Source: Welwitschia mirabilis (Eukaryota). Taken from it: a DNA stretch of 51,928 nt. The notes below the pieces were generated by a model. The model did not search any database and had not been told where the DNA came from. It saw only the letters and a list, made by a program, of their open reading frames with translations. The translations under genes were made by a program, and so were the position numbers. This document shows, piece after piece, positions 13,451-25,896 of this stretch (the stretch's first letter is position 1; every line of letters begins with the position of its first letter). The stretch is from assembly GCA_051453625.1 (NCBI GenBank), contig JBOZIK010000001.1:5674356-5726283 (forward strand), read 5' to 3'.

Positions 13451-15130
13451 ATTGCATAGTGCCTATCTTGTTTTATTTTATGGATCTTTCATGTAAAAAC
13501 ACTTATATGATGATTTTCTTTTTGTAAAGAGATCAAATGAATAGTATGGAAAAAATGAAAAGAGAAGCTACTAATTATACACCCAAATGGCGTAGATAGT
13601 AGTTGCAAAAAGGAAATGCATAATAAGAAAAATGGAGAAAGAGCATTTTTTTGATTTAAACAATTTTAATATTGTTTAAGAGTTGTTGCTAATCATTTTC
13701 AATATTGTCATTTGATGCATTTCATTAATGTTATTGGGAATCTATTTTTAGAATAACTCATAGGATTGTCTACAATTTTCAAGTGTTTTCTGAATACAAT
13801 CACCATGATTGAAGAGTCAACGATGTCGAAGATTTCAAATTCTTATGCTTTCTTCTTTTAGCTAAAGATAGTTCTAGAAGGAATGCTTTTATCCTTTGGA
13901 CTTGTATGTAGGAAAGCTTTATAGAATGCTGAAATGTTTTTTCTTTTAAGGGTTATAATTCTTTGAATGGATCTCTAGCATAATCGTCTCTGTAACTTCA
14001 TCGACTTATGTTTATTACCTAAGTAATTAAAACCAAATTCAAGAAATTCAAACCCATAGTAATGATGATTTAACCAAAAGAAAAATAATAGCCCATGTCT
14101 CTTGTATTATCTTTCCAATTTTTAGTCGACGGTAAACTCATTTTTATTTATTTTTTATTAAAATCCTATCAAAAAATTTGAATGTTTCTTTCACGAGTAT
14201 AACATAATCTTGTACTACCTATGTTTCTCATCTTCAAGCCTTTGTTATAGATTTTGAATAAATGATATATTATATGCACATTAAAAATCATTGATTAATG
14301 ATGTTAAAGGCCTCACATTTTTGTTTACTAGTAACTGCAGGTTGTTCACTACATTAGAGTGACCCAAGAAGAAAGAAAAATGTAGCTCCCTCATTAACTA
14401 AATCATTATTAACACTCAATTAGCAAATCTCATTCCTTATAAATCATCATTATTAGCACTCAATCAGCAAGTCCCCTTTATCATGAATCATAATAAATGC
14501 ATAGTAATGAAAATAACATTTGCATCAATATATTCTCTTTCTATGCTTTTAATGAAAATAACAACAAATGTACTAATAAATAAGTATTATCATGTAATGG
14601 ATAGAATCTTAAATTTCTTCTTCTATTATATTTATTTATGCCAAGTATTTCTTATGTCTTCAAGAAGAAAAATCATCATTCCATGTATCATAAAATTTCA
14701 AAGTAAAGTTCAAGTACTGCAAGCCATACACTTATGAATAAATATAATATGTCTCTCATCAAAATAACAATTGAAATAATGACTATTTATGAGTTTAAGT
14801 AATTAACTCCAATAGCCTAGGAGATACAATAAATCAGAGGATTTTTCCACCATTTTAGATCCAACAATCCATCATGAACTCATGCCATCTCAACAATTAG
14901 ACACCAGATTTTCCACCTGTCACAAAAAGATATGGAATGAAAACTGTGAAAATTTCACAGCTGCTATTATGGCCTAGGCAAAAATAAGTAGTTTTATAAG
15001 ATTCTTCAAGACTTGAGATAGAAATGAAATAGTTCAAGATTTATAATAAATCCAAGACATACATAGATAATGAGCTTATGATTATAAATGAGAATATCAA
15101 ATATATATATAATCTCAATCATCATTAACT

Positions 15131-15575
15131 TTACTACCTTGTTCGGCAATTTGTGAAGCTCACTGCCTCATTCGGCGACCTGTGATTCTCATATAATATT
15201 TAACTTCACTACCTCATTCAATGATCTATGAAGCCCACTACCTCATTCAACGATCTTTATATATATAAAATCTTAATCATCATTAACTTCACTGCCTTAT
15301 TCGGTGATCCATGAAGCTCACTGCCTCATTTGGTGATCTGTGGTAATATAATATCCTCACTGCCTCATTCAGTGATTTGTGGGATTCTCTTGTCACTACC
15401 TCATTTGACGATCTATGAAGTACACTACCTCATTNNNNNNNNNNNNNNNNNNNNNNNNNNNNNNNNNNNNNNNNNNNNNNNNNNNNNNNNNNNNNNNNNN
15501 NNNNNNNNNNNNNNNNNNNNNNNNNNNNNNNNNNGGCGATCTGTGAAGTCCACTGCCTCATTCGGCGATCTGTGG
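15131..15575. repeat. 29-bp tandem repeat (CACTGCCTCATTCGGCGATCTGTGAAGCT consensus), partly in an N gap
   Basis: About a dozen degenerate copies, some separated by short AT spacers. Confidence 0.9.
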
Positions 15576-15911
15576 AAAATCCATAACCATAAGCTTAACA
15601 AGATGATATCATAAATCTAAGAGAAGATTAATCACGACATAACACCTTGACAAACTTTAAAGGGATTACAGGATGAGTATGATGGATTTAATCATAAGCT
15701 TTCATCTCATACAAAAGATAATTTCAAGGTATTAAGGAATGGTACATAAAGATAAAATATGATTCAAATTAGGGTTTCTCTCATTTAAGCAACATAACCA
15801 TCTTTCAGGAAATTCACATGGATCAATCTCAATAAACAAACAAATATGAGAGGATCATCAATAATATACAAGAAAATAAAACCATACAATGCATGATAAT
15901 TTTGATATATA

Positions 15912-16085
15912 TTGCATAAGAAAGAACCAATAACAAAGCACAAAAGTAAAGAACCATATGATAAAGGTAACAATATCAATACAAAATGAATAAGAAAGGA
16001 TCAACAAGGAAGCACAAAAGTATAGAATCATACAAAAATGCATAAGAAAGGACCATTAAGAAAGAAAAAAGTACAGAATCATATC
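15912..16085. repeat. Three degenerate copies of an A-rich ~50-75-bp unit (ataagaaaggaccaataa..aagcacaaaagta.agaaccata)
   Basis: Visible direct repeats. Confidence 0.6.
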
Positions 16086-19000
16086 AAGTTTTAAGAAAAA
16101 CTCAAGATCTTTGCAAGTCTTCAAATCTTTTCAAGGCTCCAAGACTTGATAGCAGAAGATTATTCAAAAACAAAAGTAAGAAAAAAGGAAGAGAAGAGTC
16201 CTACTTATAATTAAGATTTGATGAAATGTGAAGAGTTACAAGAATATGAAGATAAAATGAAAGGTGTCAAAGATTCCATGCATGTGAAGATAAAACATCA
16301 AGAATAGGGCAGTTAAGAGAGGGGTTACATAATGTCTTATAAATGATTATCTGGCCATTAGATGCTTTTAATAATATAATTAAGATAATGTTTTACATTT
16401 AATAATGAGAAAAAGAAATAAATAACATGTCTTTATAGTATACATTCAATTCAGCATTTACATTCAATTGCATAAGTAAATAAAAGATATCATTTCCACC
16501 ATAAGAGGATATAAAAATTGGGTACAAATATTTACATAATACGGTATTCATATTGTAATTTAATAAAATCACATTTCACGAATCATATCATTTATACCAA
16601 TTGAGGGTTTCAAGTAAATTAAAATTTTTCAAATATTTCATTAAACATAAACTTACAAATTTTATAAGAAATGTAAAAATATGGATGTGACATATACAAA
16701 CTTTGTTTAAGCATTCATTATTTAGGTTTAAAAATAAGATTAAAGATGAATAAAAAAAGACATCGAAATGCTACATTAACTAAAATACCAGAGGCCTTTT
16801 GCCGCTTTATTTTTTGAATCTCCATGAAATAAATAATAGAGGCTTAGACACATTATACTATTTGTAAATAAGATAATAGTTAAATTAAAATAGTAGAAAT
16901 TTAAATATTTTATTTAAAAAACCTAAATATTTGTACAATACAGATACATACTAAATAGTGTACATTTTAAAAAAGAATCCAAAATCACTTTCTTGAAAAT
17001 AGCCTATGTTCTTACCTCATCAAATGTTCTTATTTTCTCATATGATTGTGTTTCACTTGTAAGCAATCTAACAATTCAAATGATAATCTAAAAAATAAAT
17101 TATAAAGTACAAAAATCTAATAATCTGAATCACAGAATCTAGCATACTGGCTAAATCTAAAGGAATAGTAAGGGAAAAGGTAAAAAACCCTAAATATAGG
17201 AGCCCAAGCATAGTTTTCCATTTAATTGCACAGGCATTAAATAGAAATCTCATGGAAATTCAAATTCATCCTAACATGCTATTACCTAAGCAATAGATTT
17301 TAGTGTAGCACAGAAAAGAAAGTTTTNNNNNNNNNNNNNNNNNNNAACCCTAGATTCCAGACAAAACTTTACAATGATCAGAAATTTAATCTAAGGATGA
17401 GATTATTTGATAGATGTACATAACGATCAGAATATCTTCACCATATGGATGGCAGAAGAAACCTAGGAAATGAGAACATAAATGAAGTATATAACTGTGA
17501 AAGAACATAATGCTAGTTTTCTAACTTATAAAATCATGAAACCCTATAATTTGAGCATTGCTAAGTCATATAACCATCTCATATCANNNNNNNNNNNNNN
17601 NNNNNNNNNNNNNNNNNNNNNNNNNNNNNNNNNNNNNNNNNNNNNNNNNNNNNNNNNNNNNNNNNNNNNNNNNNNNNNNNNNNNNNACCATCTCATATCA
17701 ATAGATAAGAGAGCCATGAAATCCTTCTAAAAGGATTTCAATATTTCCAATGATGGTATAAGAGCTAAAATGCATTGGATTAGGGTTAGCATTTTCTAAA
17801 GAAGTTAGCATTCTAGATGACCTATAATGTCAATTAATTAAAACTTTTACCTGATCGATAAGTTCTACCATTAGGGAGGATCACACCTCTTGTTGAAAAT
17901 CCTTAATCATAAGAAGCAACAAAATGCCATCTAAAAGGGAACAAACCATAGGTGGAAAAGCTGAAGTAATACAAAATAGCTTTGCCTCTATGACAAAGAA
18001 TACAAAACAATTTCTAAATCATGTCTTACAATTCTTATGTGAAATATGTCATTAAAAACCATGGTTTCTAGAAAGTTCAAGATTTTTTCCCACTTATCGA
18101 CTTCTTTAGAATGTCACTTCTTTGAGTTTAGTTTCAAAAATGCACATTTTAATCATTTTTTTTCATAAGAGGGTAGGACTTTTTTATTATTCTTGATAGC
18201 TATTATGGTGTTTGTTTCATTAAACTCCATAAAAGAGGAGTATTTTTTAAGGTTTTTTCAAGTAAAAGCTATTAAAAATATTTTTTAACAGCTTTTAAGG
18301 CATTTATTTTGAAAAACACCTTATAAATATAATTATTCTTTTTCAAGGCATTTACTAAAATGAACACATTAAAAAGGATTATAATTAAGGTGTTTATTTA
18401 AATAAACACCTTAAAAACCTATTTTTCTTATAGTAAATATCTTATCATATAATCAGTTCAGATCAAAACTCACTAGTACTAGAAGGGAAAACTTATAAGC
18501 GCTGAAAATTTACTTCAAGAAGTGTGCTGGTGGGGAGGAGATAAGTAAGGGAGGATCAACCATGTGGAATTAGCATTTGCAATGACTCCTACTCTTGTCA
18601 TCTTAATCTCCATAATTACCAAAGAGTCTAATCTCACATGCCCCAAAGACTATGAATAATACTGTAGAAAGCAACAATGCTAGCAACTTAAATAGAAGAT
18701 ATGCCAAGCCATGGAGTACTAGCATCATGATAAAGGATAGTAATAAAGTGAGAAGAGGGGGGAAAAGGTATTTAATAAACTATTTTTTTATCTTTTTCTA
18801 TGAGTCTGCTATTTAACTAGTTATGTATCTATGATGATAGTTAATTTTAAGGATGTATGTTTACATTTCTAGAAATCATGCATTCTGTAATATAATATTT
18901 TTATTAGATTCATTTCCTTTATATTATTTTACTAGATAAATCCTCTTGATATACATATTCATTGTTATTAAAAGGGAACTTGCCTAAATAAAGCATAAAA

Positions 19001-19471
19001 TAAATGTAATATATCATGGTGGACTATCTCAAAAATAAGTGTTAGAAGTAGGATAACAACAAATTTACATGCCACAATAAAACATTTGATTCATGAGAAA
19101 ATATTATGCAAGACAATTACATGAGATAACAATATCAATTAATCACAAAATATTATGTAAAAAATGCCTCATAATTGGTTTGAGGCATTTATTTTGTAAA
19201 ATGCATTGAAAGCATTTTAAGGAATTTATAATGAATTTTAAGGCATTTACACTATAAAATACATTAAAATTCTTTTAAGGAATTTCATAAACAAATGCCT
19301 CAAATATTTCTATAAGGAAGTTTTATTAAAATTCCTTAGAATGTCTTAAAAGCATGCAACTTTTAAGGTTAGGCTTTTTAAGTGTTTTTCTAACAAAACA
19401 CCTTAAAAGAGTTTAAGGTATTTCTTAAGTCCTTTTAAGGTGTGCCTTAAAAGCCTATATTTCTAATAGTA

Positions 19472-19790
19472 AGAATATTAAACATAAATTAGTCCAATTA
19501 GATCACCTTAATAAAAAATGTACTCATTCTGTACATTATCAATTAATCCACAAAGCCTAAGCTAAGTTTAAACATGATAGGAAGCTTCTTCACAAAAAGT
19601 TTGAACTTGGTCAACTTATCCTTTTATACAATACTAGAGTACATCTTTTAAATAACAAGTTGACCTCTAAATGATTAAGCTCTTATCTTATAGGAAGAGT
19701 ACATTCTAATGGCTCTATTGAGATTTTTGACTTAGAGACTAAGGATATTCAGAAAGTTAATGGATAAGGGTTAAAACTATATAAAAAATC
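19472..19790 (+). pseudogene. Integrase C-terminal part of A1
   Basis: NIKHKLVQLDHLNKKCTH..AKFKHDRKLLHKKFELGQL..NGSIEI..KVNG matches ORF 50427-50930(-). Confidence 0.9.
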
Positions 19791-22700
19791 TTTCAATGCA
19801 ATCTTGAACATGGTAGAAGCACTTGTTTTAGAGATTCTTCTCAATGAGAAGGCCTTCCATCCTATCATTATCTATATCATTTGTTAGCTTATTCCTTTAG
19901 TAGATGTTANNNNNNNNNNNNNNNNNNNNNNNNNNNNNNNNNNNNNNNNNNNNNNNNNNNNNNNNNNNNNNNNNNNNNNNNNNNNNNNNNNNNNNNNNNN
20001 NNNNNNNNNNNNNNNNNNNNNNNNNNNNNNNNNNNNNNNNNNNNNNNNNNNNNNNNNNNNNNNNNNNNNNNNNNNNNNNNNNNNNNNNNNNNNNNNNNNN
20101 NNNNNNNNNNNNNNNNNNNNNNNNNNNNNNNNNNNNNNNNNNNNNNNNNNNNNNNNNNNNNNNNNNNNNNNNNNNNNNNNNNNNNNNNNNNNNNNNNNNN
20201 NNNNNNNNNNNNNNNNNNNNNNNNNNNNNNNNNNNNNNNNNNNNNNNNNNNNNNNNNNNNNNNNNNNNNNNNNNNNNNNNNNNNNNNNNNNNNNNNNNNN
20301 NNNNNNNNNNNNNNNNNNNNNNNNNNNNNNNNNNNNNNNNNNNNNNNNNNNNNNNNNNNNNNNNNNNNNNNNNNNNNNNNNNNNNNNNNNNNNNNNNNNN
20401 NNNNNNNNNNNNNNNNNNNNNNNNNNNNNNNNNNNNNNNNNNNNNNNNNNNNNNNNNNNNNNNNNNNNNNNNNNNNNNNNNNNNNNNNNNNNNNNNNNNN
20501 NNNNNNNNNNNNNNNNNNNNNNNNNNNNNNNNNNNNNNNNNNNNNNNNNNNNNNNNNNNNNNNNNNNNNNNNNNNNNNNNNNNNNNNNNNNNNNNNNNAA
20601 GCACTTGTTTTAGAGATTCTTCTCAATGAGAAGGCCTTCCATCCAATCATTATCTAAATCATTTCTTAGCTTATTCCTTTAGTAGATGTTATGGTGTCAC
20701 TTGATTATATTTTAAACCTGACTTATATGTTAATTTATGAATTTTTGATAACTAGTATTTGTACTTGGGTATTTTATAGTAATAATAATAGATTCATCCA
20801 ATTTTGAAACATTCCCATGTTTAGGGACTTTACTTTAAAGTAATATGTCTTAGTTCTTATGCTTTTTTTTTTTAAATGGTATGAGGTCTTTAATTACTTA
20901 GGAGTGTTTTTTTTTTGTCTTNNNNNNNNNNNNNNNNNNNNNNNNNNNNNNNNNNNNNNNNNNNNNNNNNNNNNNNNNNNNNNNNNNNNNNNNNNNNNNN
21001 NNNNNNNNNNNNNNNNNNNNNNNNNNNNNNNNNNNNNNNNNNNNNNNNNNNNNNNNNNNNNNNNNNNNNNNNNNNNNNNNNNNNNNNNNNNNNNNNNNNN
21101 NNNNNNNNNNNNNNNNNNNNNNNNNNNNNNNNNNNNNNNNNNNNNNNNNNNNNNNNNNNNNNNNNNNNNNNNNNNNNNNNNNNNNNNNNNNNNNNNNNNN
21201 NNNNNNNNNNNNNNNNNNNNNNNNNNNNNNNNNNNNNNNNNNNNNNNNNNNNNNNNNNNNNNNNNNNNNNNATGGGATTAGTGGCATTCCTAATATCATT
21301 ATAAGCATTGCTCGGTTCCTAGATTCTTAGTATTCCCACATGATCATTTTACTTTTAAGGATTTGTATGTGTTTTAGGGTGTGAGGAGCTGAGTTCATTT
21401 CTAAGTAGCTTTTGATCTTATCATTCATTGTTATAAAAACTTAAATTTTTGGTATTATCATATTCAGTACCTTTTTGAGTGAAACTTTATGAAGTTTATA
21501 CATTTTTTCATGCATTTTTACTAAGGTGACTTTATAATATCTTCCATGAGGGTTTGCTAGGTTAGAATTTAGGATAGGTAAGCAATCTTCTCCATGTTCC
21601 TTGTTTTTATTTTCATTTTGCTTTTCTTCATTTTTTTAGTTTATTACTTTAAAGTCATTTCTGCATTTTCTCATCTTTGCATAGGATCTTATCATTTAGT
21701 AGTTTCCTTGTTGTTCAATCATGACATATCATTTTCTTTTAGCATTAAAATCAAACATAAAATCTTTTATGCTTTACTATTTTTTATAGGATTCCTTATA
21801 TATATTAGAGTTCTATACTACTCTTCAATTTAAGCACATTTATTTAGTTTTTTAAATCAAATTTTAACCTAGTTAGTATATTTTCCTTAGTTGTTTTTTT
21901 CATTTATTTAAAGTTTTCCTCATCATCCTAATTTATTATGATTTTCATTCTTTCCTATTTCTTTAAACTTATTGATAAATTCTAATACCTTTATGATAAT
22001 ATCTAAGCTTAACTTTCTTTATTGACATTTTAATTTTTGAAAAAAAATTTAAAGTCCCATCATCCACTTGGTTATTTAGATGATACATGTGGATGACAAT
22101 TTGATTTTTTCTGAGGGTCATCTTAGGGCTGTCATTTGGGTGGAGATGACTAGATGATAGTGTGATAACACCATAACCTAAACCATTTTTCCTCATTTTT
22201 CTCTACTTCTTCATCATTTCTGCTCATTCCTTTAAAAGATAGTAATCCCCATAATTCCTACCAATCCACTGGATCTTGTCCCTATAAGATTTACTCCTAG
22301 ATTTACCAGATTTTTGTGAATTTTTGAAAATGAGGTGTGTTCTCCTCTCCCTCATTTTTTTTTAATTTTTTCTCTTGTTTTCATTCTTTTGATGTATATT
22401 TTTCACATATATTAATTAAATTTTCATGATCTTTGATTTGGAATGTATGGATTGGATTTTCACTGCATATTTCAAAAGATATGATCAATTATGTGTTTTG
22501 AANNNNNNNNNNNNNNNNNNNNNNNNNNNNNNNNNNNNNNNNNNNNNNNNNNNNNNNNNNNNNNNNNNNNNNNNNNNNNNNNNNNNNNNNNNNNNNNNNN
22601 NNNNNNNNNNNNNNNNNNTATTTTTCATTTGAGGAATTTAAATTTTCACCTTATGTGGGGCCCACTTAAAAAATTATTTTTCCATTTTTTGCATGTTTTA

Positions 22701-22881
22701 AACTTTTCTTCTTATGACTAGATAATATAGGACATATTGATATCTTTAGAGGTAATAGGATACATTTTCATAATTGTTTACATCTTTTAATTAATTTTGA
22801 GGCCATTTTTTAGCATCCATGCAACATATTTAGCTTTGTAATTAGATTTCATGTAATTGTTTGCTTATTTTAATTGAGTAG

Positions 22882-24130
22882 GCCCCATATGCATAGATCT
22901 AGATAGGCTAAGGATGAGGTTGAAGCTATAGAGTAGGAGGTAGTACCACCTAAGGTAGAGCATGTGGATCCTATGCATTCCCTGCCTTGACACGAATGTT
23001 TGCTTATGATCTAGACTACTACCATCTATGTCGAGATATACTTTAGAGACTTTATGAGTAGATTAGAGGTAGAGGTCAATTATAGGCTTCTTGATTTATA
23101 GCTCCATTGTATTTTAGATGTACATAGAACATATTATGTATCAAAGACTAGGGAGTTTTATGACACTATGCACATAGAAGACAACCAAATTCTCGTGGTC
23201 AGTTTGTGGATGTGATTATAGCACTAATATGAGACCACAAGATCACAATGCTTCCAAATCACATTGTTATAGATCTAGGTAGTATTAGTAACTTACATAT
23301 TGATTCTGCTAGTGATATAAAAGAGCATCATATATATGGCATAACACTAGACATTCTAGCACACTTGACACTCGATAAGCAAGGTGTTCTTATTACATAG
23401 TTTACTTCTGCTTATAGAGTATTATGCAGATGGATAATTGACAACATTATTCCATCATTTTTTGATAGTCACACCATGTTTGCACACCTTTAGATATTGG
23501 CAGCATTCAAGCAAGACAAATAGATAAGCTTGCTAACTTTTATATGGAGGAGATTTAGGTCTATGATTAAGGCATAGGAGCTATAAAATCTAGGGTATTA
23601 ATGCCTTTTCTTAACCATGTTTCAATGGTTTGGAATACCAAATCATATGGGCGAGTAGTGCCTTATGCATATTCAGACTTCTACTTGCTATCTTTAGAAC
23701 ATGGGCATACATATATCAAGAGAGGAAGAGAGACCTTAGGTTCAGAGGCCTGTGGTTGGAGTTACATTAGAGTAGATCCTGGCTATCTTGGTAGAAACCA
23801 TTGATACCATCAAGGGTTCCATTGATAAAGGTATCTAGACACTTAATCAAAGGATCTAGTCATTAGAACAGAGGATCCAAAGAATTGATAAGAAAGTTTA
23901 TCATCTTAAGAAGTAGATACTTGATGTACATCAGTGCATTATATCTATTGAGTAGAGTGTAATAACTGACCTCCCAAAAGTAGCCCATGTATAGGGAGAT
24001 AAGTTAGTCCACTCCATTTCTACATCATTAGATCTTCATTTTCCTATAGATCCTAAGCATCCTACATCTTCTCTTCCTGCACCTGAGCCTGTTGCCCATA
24101 CTAAGTTTATTATGAGGCATCTAGGATAGT
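22882..24130 (+). pseudogene. 3' extra ORF of A1 (REFY motif, C-terminal coiled-coil, Pro-rich tail)
   Basis: First ~100 codons in one frame broken only by TAG/TGA; YYVSKTREFYDTM; heptads IDKGI*TLNQRI*SLEQRIQRIDKKV; homolog at 46890-48158(-). Confidence 0.7.
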
Positions 24131-24650
24131 GATTTTTATCATATTTTATATCTTCTCTTGTACACATTTTTATATTTAAAACTAATGATTATATATATTC
24201 ATTTTATTTGGAGTTCATCATGGTGTACTTTTTGGTTTTTATGCTTATCTTTCTTTTCACATTTTACAATGAGGATTAATTATATTTTCCATGATTATTT
24301 TACCTATTTGCTATATATTTTAGTAGAGGGATTTTTATTATTAGTGTATTTATTGATTATCTATCTAAAAATTTTTATCCCAAGTTTTTGTTTTCGAATA
24401 ATAATTTTTGATCCTGTCATCCCCCCATTATCTAGATGAAATCTAGATAATGATATGGCTAATATCTTCAATAGGTAAAACATTTAGTTTTCTAATTTTT
24501 GGCAATTCTATCTACATCTATGAGATTCTAAAATTCTTTTTGAGATAATTTTTCAATGCCTTAGTTGTTTTTATTTTTAGTTAAGTTGGTTTGTAGTCAT
24601 GGTTAATTGCCTAGTTTTATCAAGGACTATCAAGGCTAGCTAGGAGACTA

Positions 24651-25896
24651 TTTTGCACTGCTAACTTGCATGTATTTAATAGGTTATTTTGAGTAGTTTT
24701 TCAAGATATTAAATAGTTTTATACTAGACTTAATGGAAAGCTAAAATTAAAGATATAAAAATATGCAATCTTCATGATATTTTATAACATTTAAAGTAGT
24801 TCATAATATTTTCTATTTTAAAGTAAATTTCTTATAAAAATTAAGTCTAATGCATTACATGAATGCTTGCAAAAATCTATCATCCACCTCATCATCTAGA
24901 TAACTGTATAGATGATAGGATAATTAAGCCAATAAGGATGCTGATTGGAATTAATATGTTAGATGATATAAAATTCTTATGAGTTGCATCATCTCTTGCA
25001 TTGTTCAAATAACCAGTAAGATGACATCTAAAATAATGCTTTACTAAACTTCAGCTAACTTTGGCCATTTGTCTCTATTTTTTTCATGGTTGTTAGGGTT
25101 GTGCCTGCACCTATTTGTCTTTTTTATTTGTGAGTGTGTTTTTGTTAATAAGTATCAGGTCCACCCTCGACTCTTACTTGTCTTTATTTACATAAGAAAT
25201 TATTGTGATCAGAGATCAAAGAGCTGAAGTTCCATCCATTATAGTTGTAGAAAGACATCTTCCTTTGTATTGGGTTGTGCTTCCTCTATTGAGATGCAAC
25301 TGCTTTATAACACAGATGTTGGTTCAAAGCTCATTTAAAGAACTCTATTCTATTTTATTGTTCTTATTATGTGCATATTTCTTATAGTTTATATTACTTA
25401 TAATTTCGTGATAACTTCTTTAATGATATATATTATGAGGAAAACCTTTATTAAGATTGAGCAATATTAGTTTAGGTGCATTATCTTTTCTTTTCTAAAT
25501 TAACTTTGCATAGTTTTGTATTTTGTTTGATGTACCTGATCACTTAGTTTGATCTCAATTTGGTGATAGAAGTTCTTGATTAATCTAGATTATACAAGGT
25601 CGATCTCTATAATAGGATGATCTAGTAATTAGATGGAAGTTACATGAGCTTAGATTTGCATCACTGTGTTTGCATTATTATTTTCTACATTATTATTTAA
25701 TTTTACTATTAAAGTACGTAAGTGTTTCATCTTAAAATCAATTCTCTTTCTTCTAGCCTATGCCTTCAATGCATATATGACATTTGAGTTCATTCCCCTC
25801 TATACTAGTGTGGTGTGTTGTGCAAAATCTATATTTATTTATAAATAAGAGGATCTTCTTAGGAGCATGACCTTTGCACAAATATGCACCATAATA
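24651..25896 (+). repeat. 3' LTR of A1
   Basis: Follows purine tract aaggctagctaggagacta; homologous to 45245-46343(-); termini decayed. Confidence 0.75.

Larger units (their letters stand above)
14381..16692. mobile_element. Putative LTR (TGTAGCTCC...GGATGTGACA) containing tandem repeats
   Basis: TGT/ACA ends with imperfect inverted repeat; internal repeats; no partner LTR in the window. Confidence 0.35.
9135..18435. mobile_element. Inner non-autonomous CACTA element of the same family, inverted relative to the outer one
   Basis: CACTATAAGAAATATAGGC at 9135 and TTTTTCTTATAGTA ending 18435; TSD AAT at 9132-9134 and 18436-18438; its right end matches the outer left end and its left end matches the outer right end. 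Confidence 0.88.
1382..19471. mobile_element. Non-autonomous (Pack-type) CACTA/En-Spm DNA transposon, outer element
   Basis: Ends TACTATAAGAAA (1382) and TTTCTAATAGTA (19471) are decayed CACTA TIRs; 3-bp TSD AGA at 1379-1381 and 19472-19474; removing it restores the integrase frame LYE-NIKHKL; no transposase recognised. Confidence 0.9.
1..25896 (+). mobile_element. Athila-like Ty3/gypsy LTR retrotransposon A1 (5'-truncated by window; RNaseH-INT-extra ORF-3' LTR), interrupted by CACTA
   Basis: Decayed RNaseH/INT motifs at 1-1381 resume at 19475; PPT-like tract and LTR at 24651-25896; colinear with inverted copy A2. Confidence 0.85.

Noticed and set aside
15131-15575. CRISPR-like 29-bp repeats
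   Set aside because: Units are degenerate and mostly head-to-tail without unique spacers; no cas genes; plant transposon context
19817-20691. ~90-bp direct repeat flanking the N gap (similar 14-bp case at 17573-17700)
   Set aside because: Near-identical overlap on both gap sides and single-copy in A2; most likely unmerged contig ends
21594-21833. Hydrophobic ORFs as membrane or env proteins (also 24158-24439 and 28483-28668)
   Set aside because: Explained by T-rich non-coding sequence; no recognisable motifs
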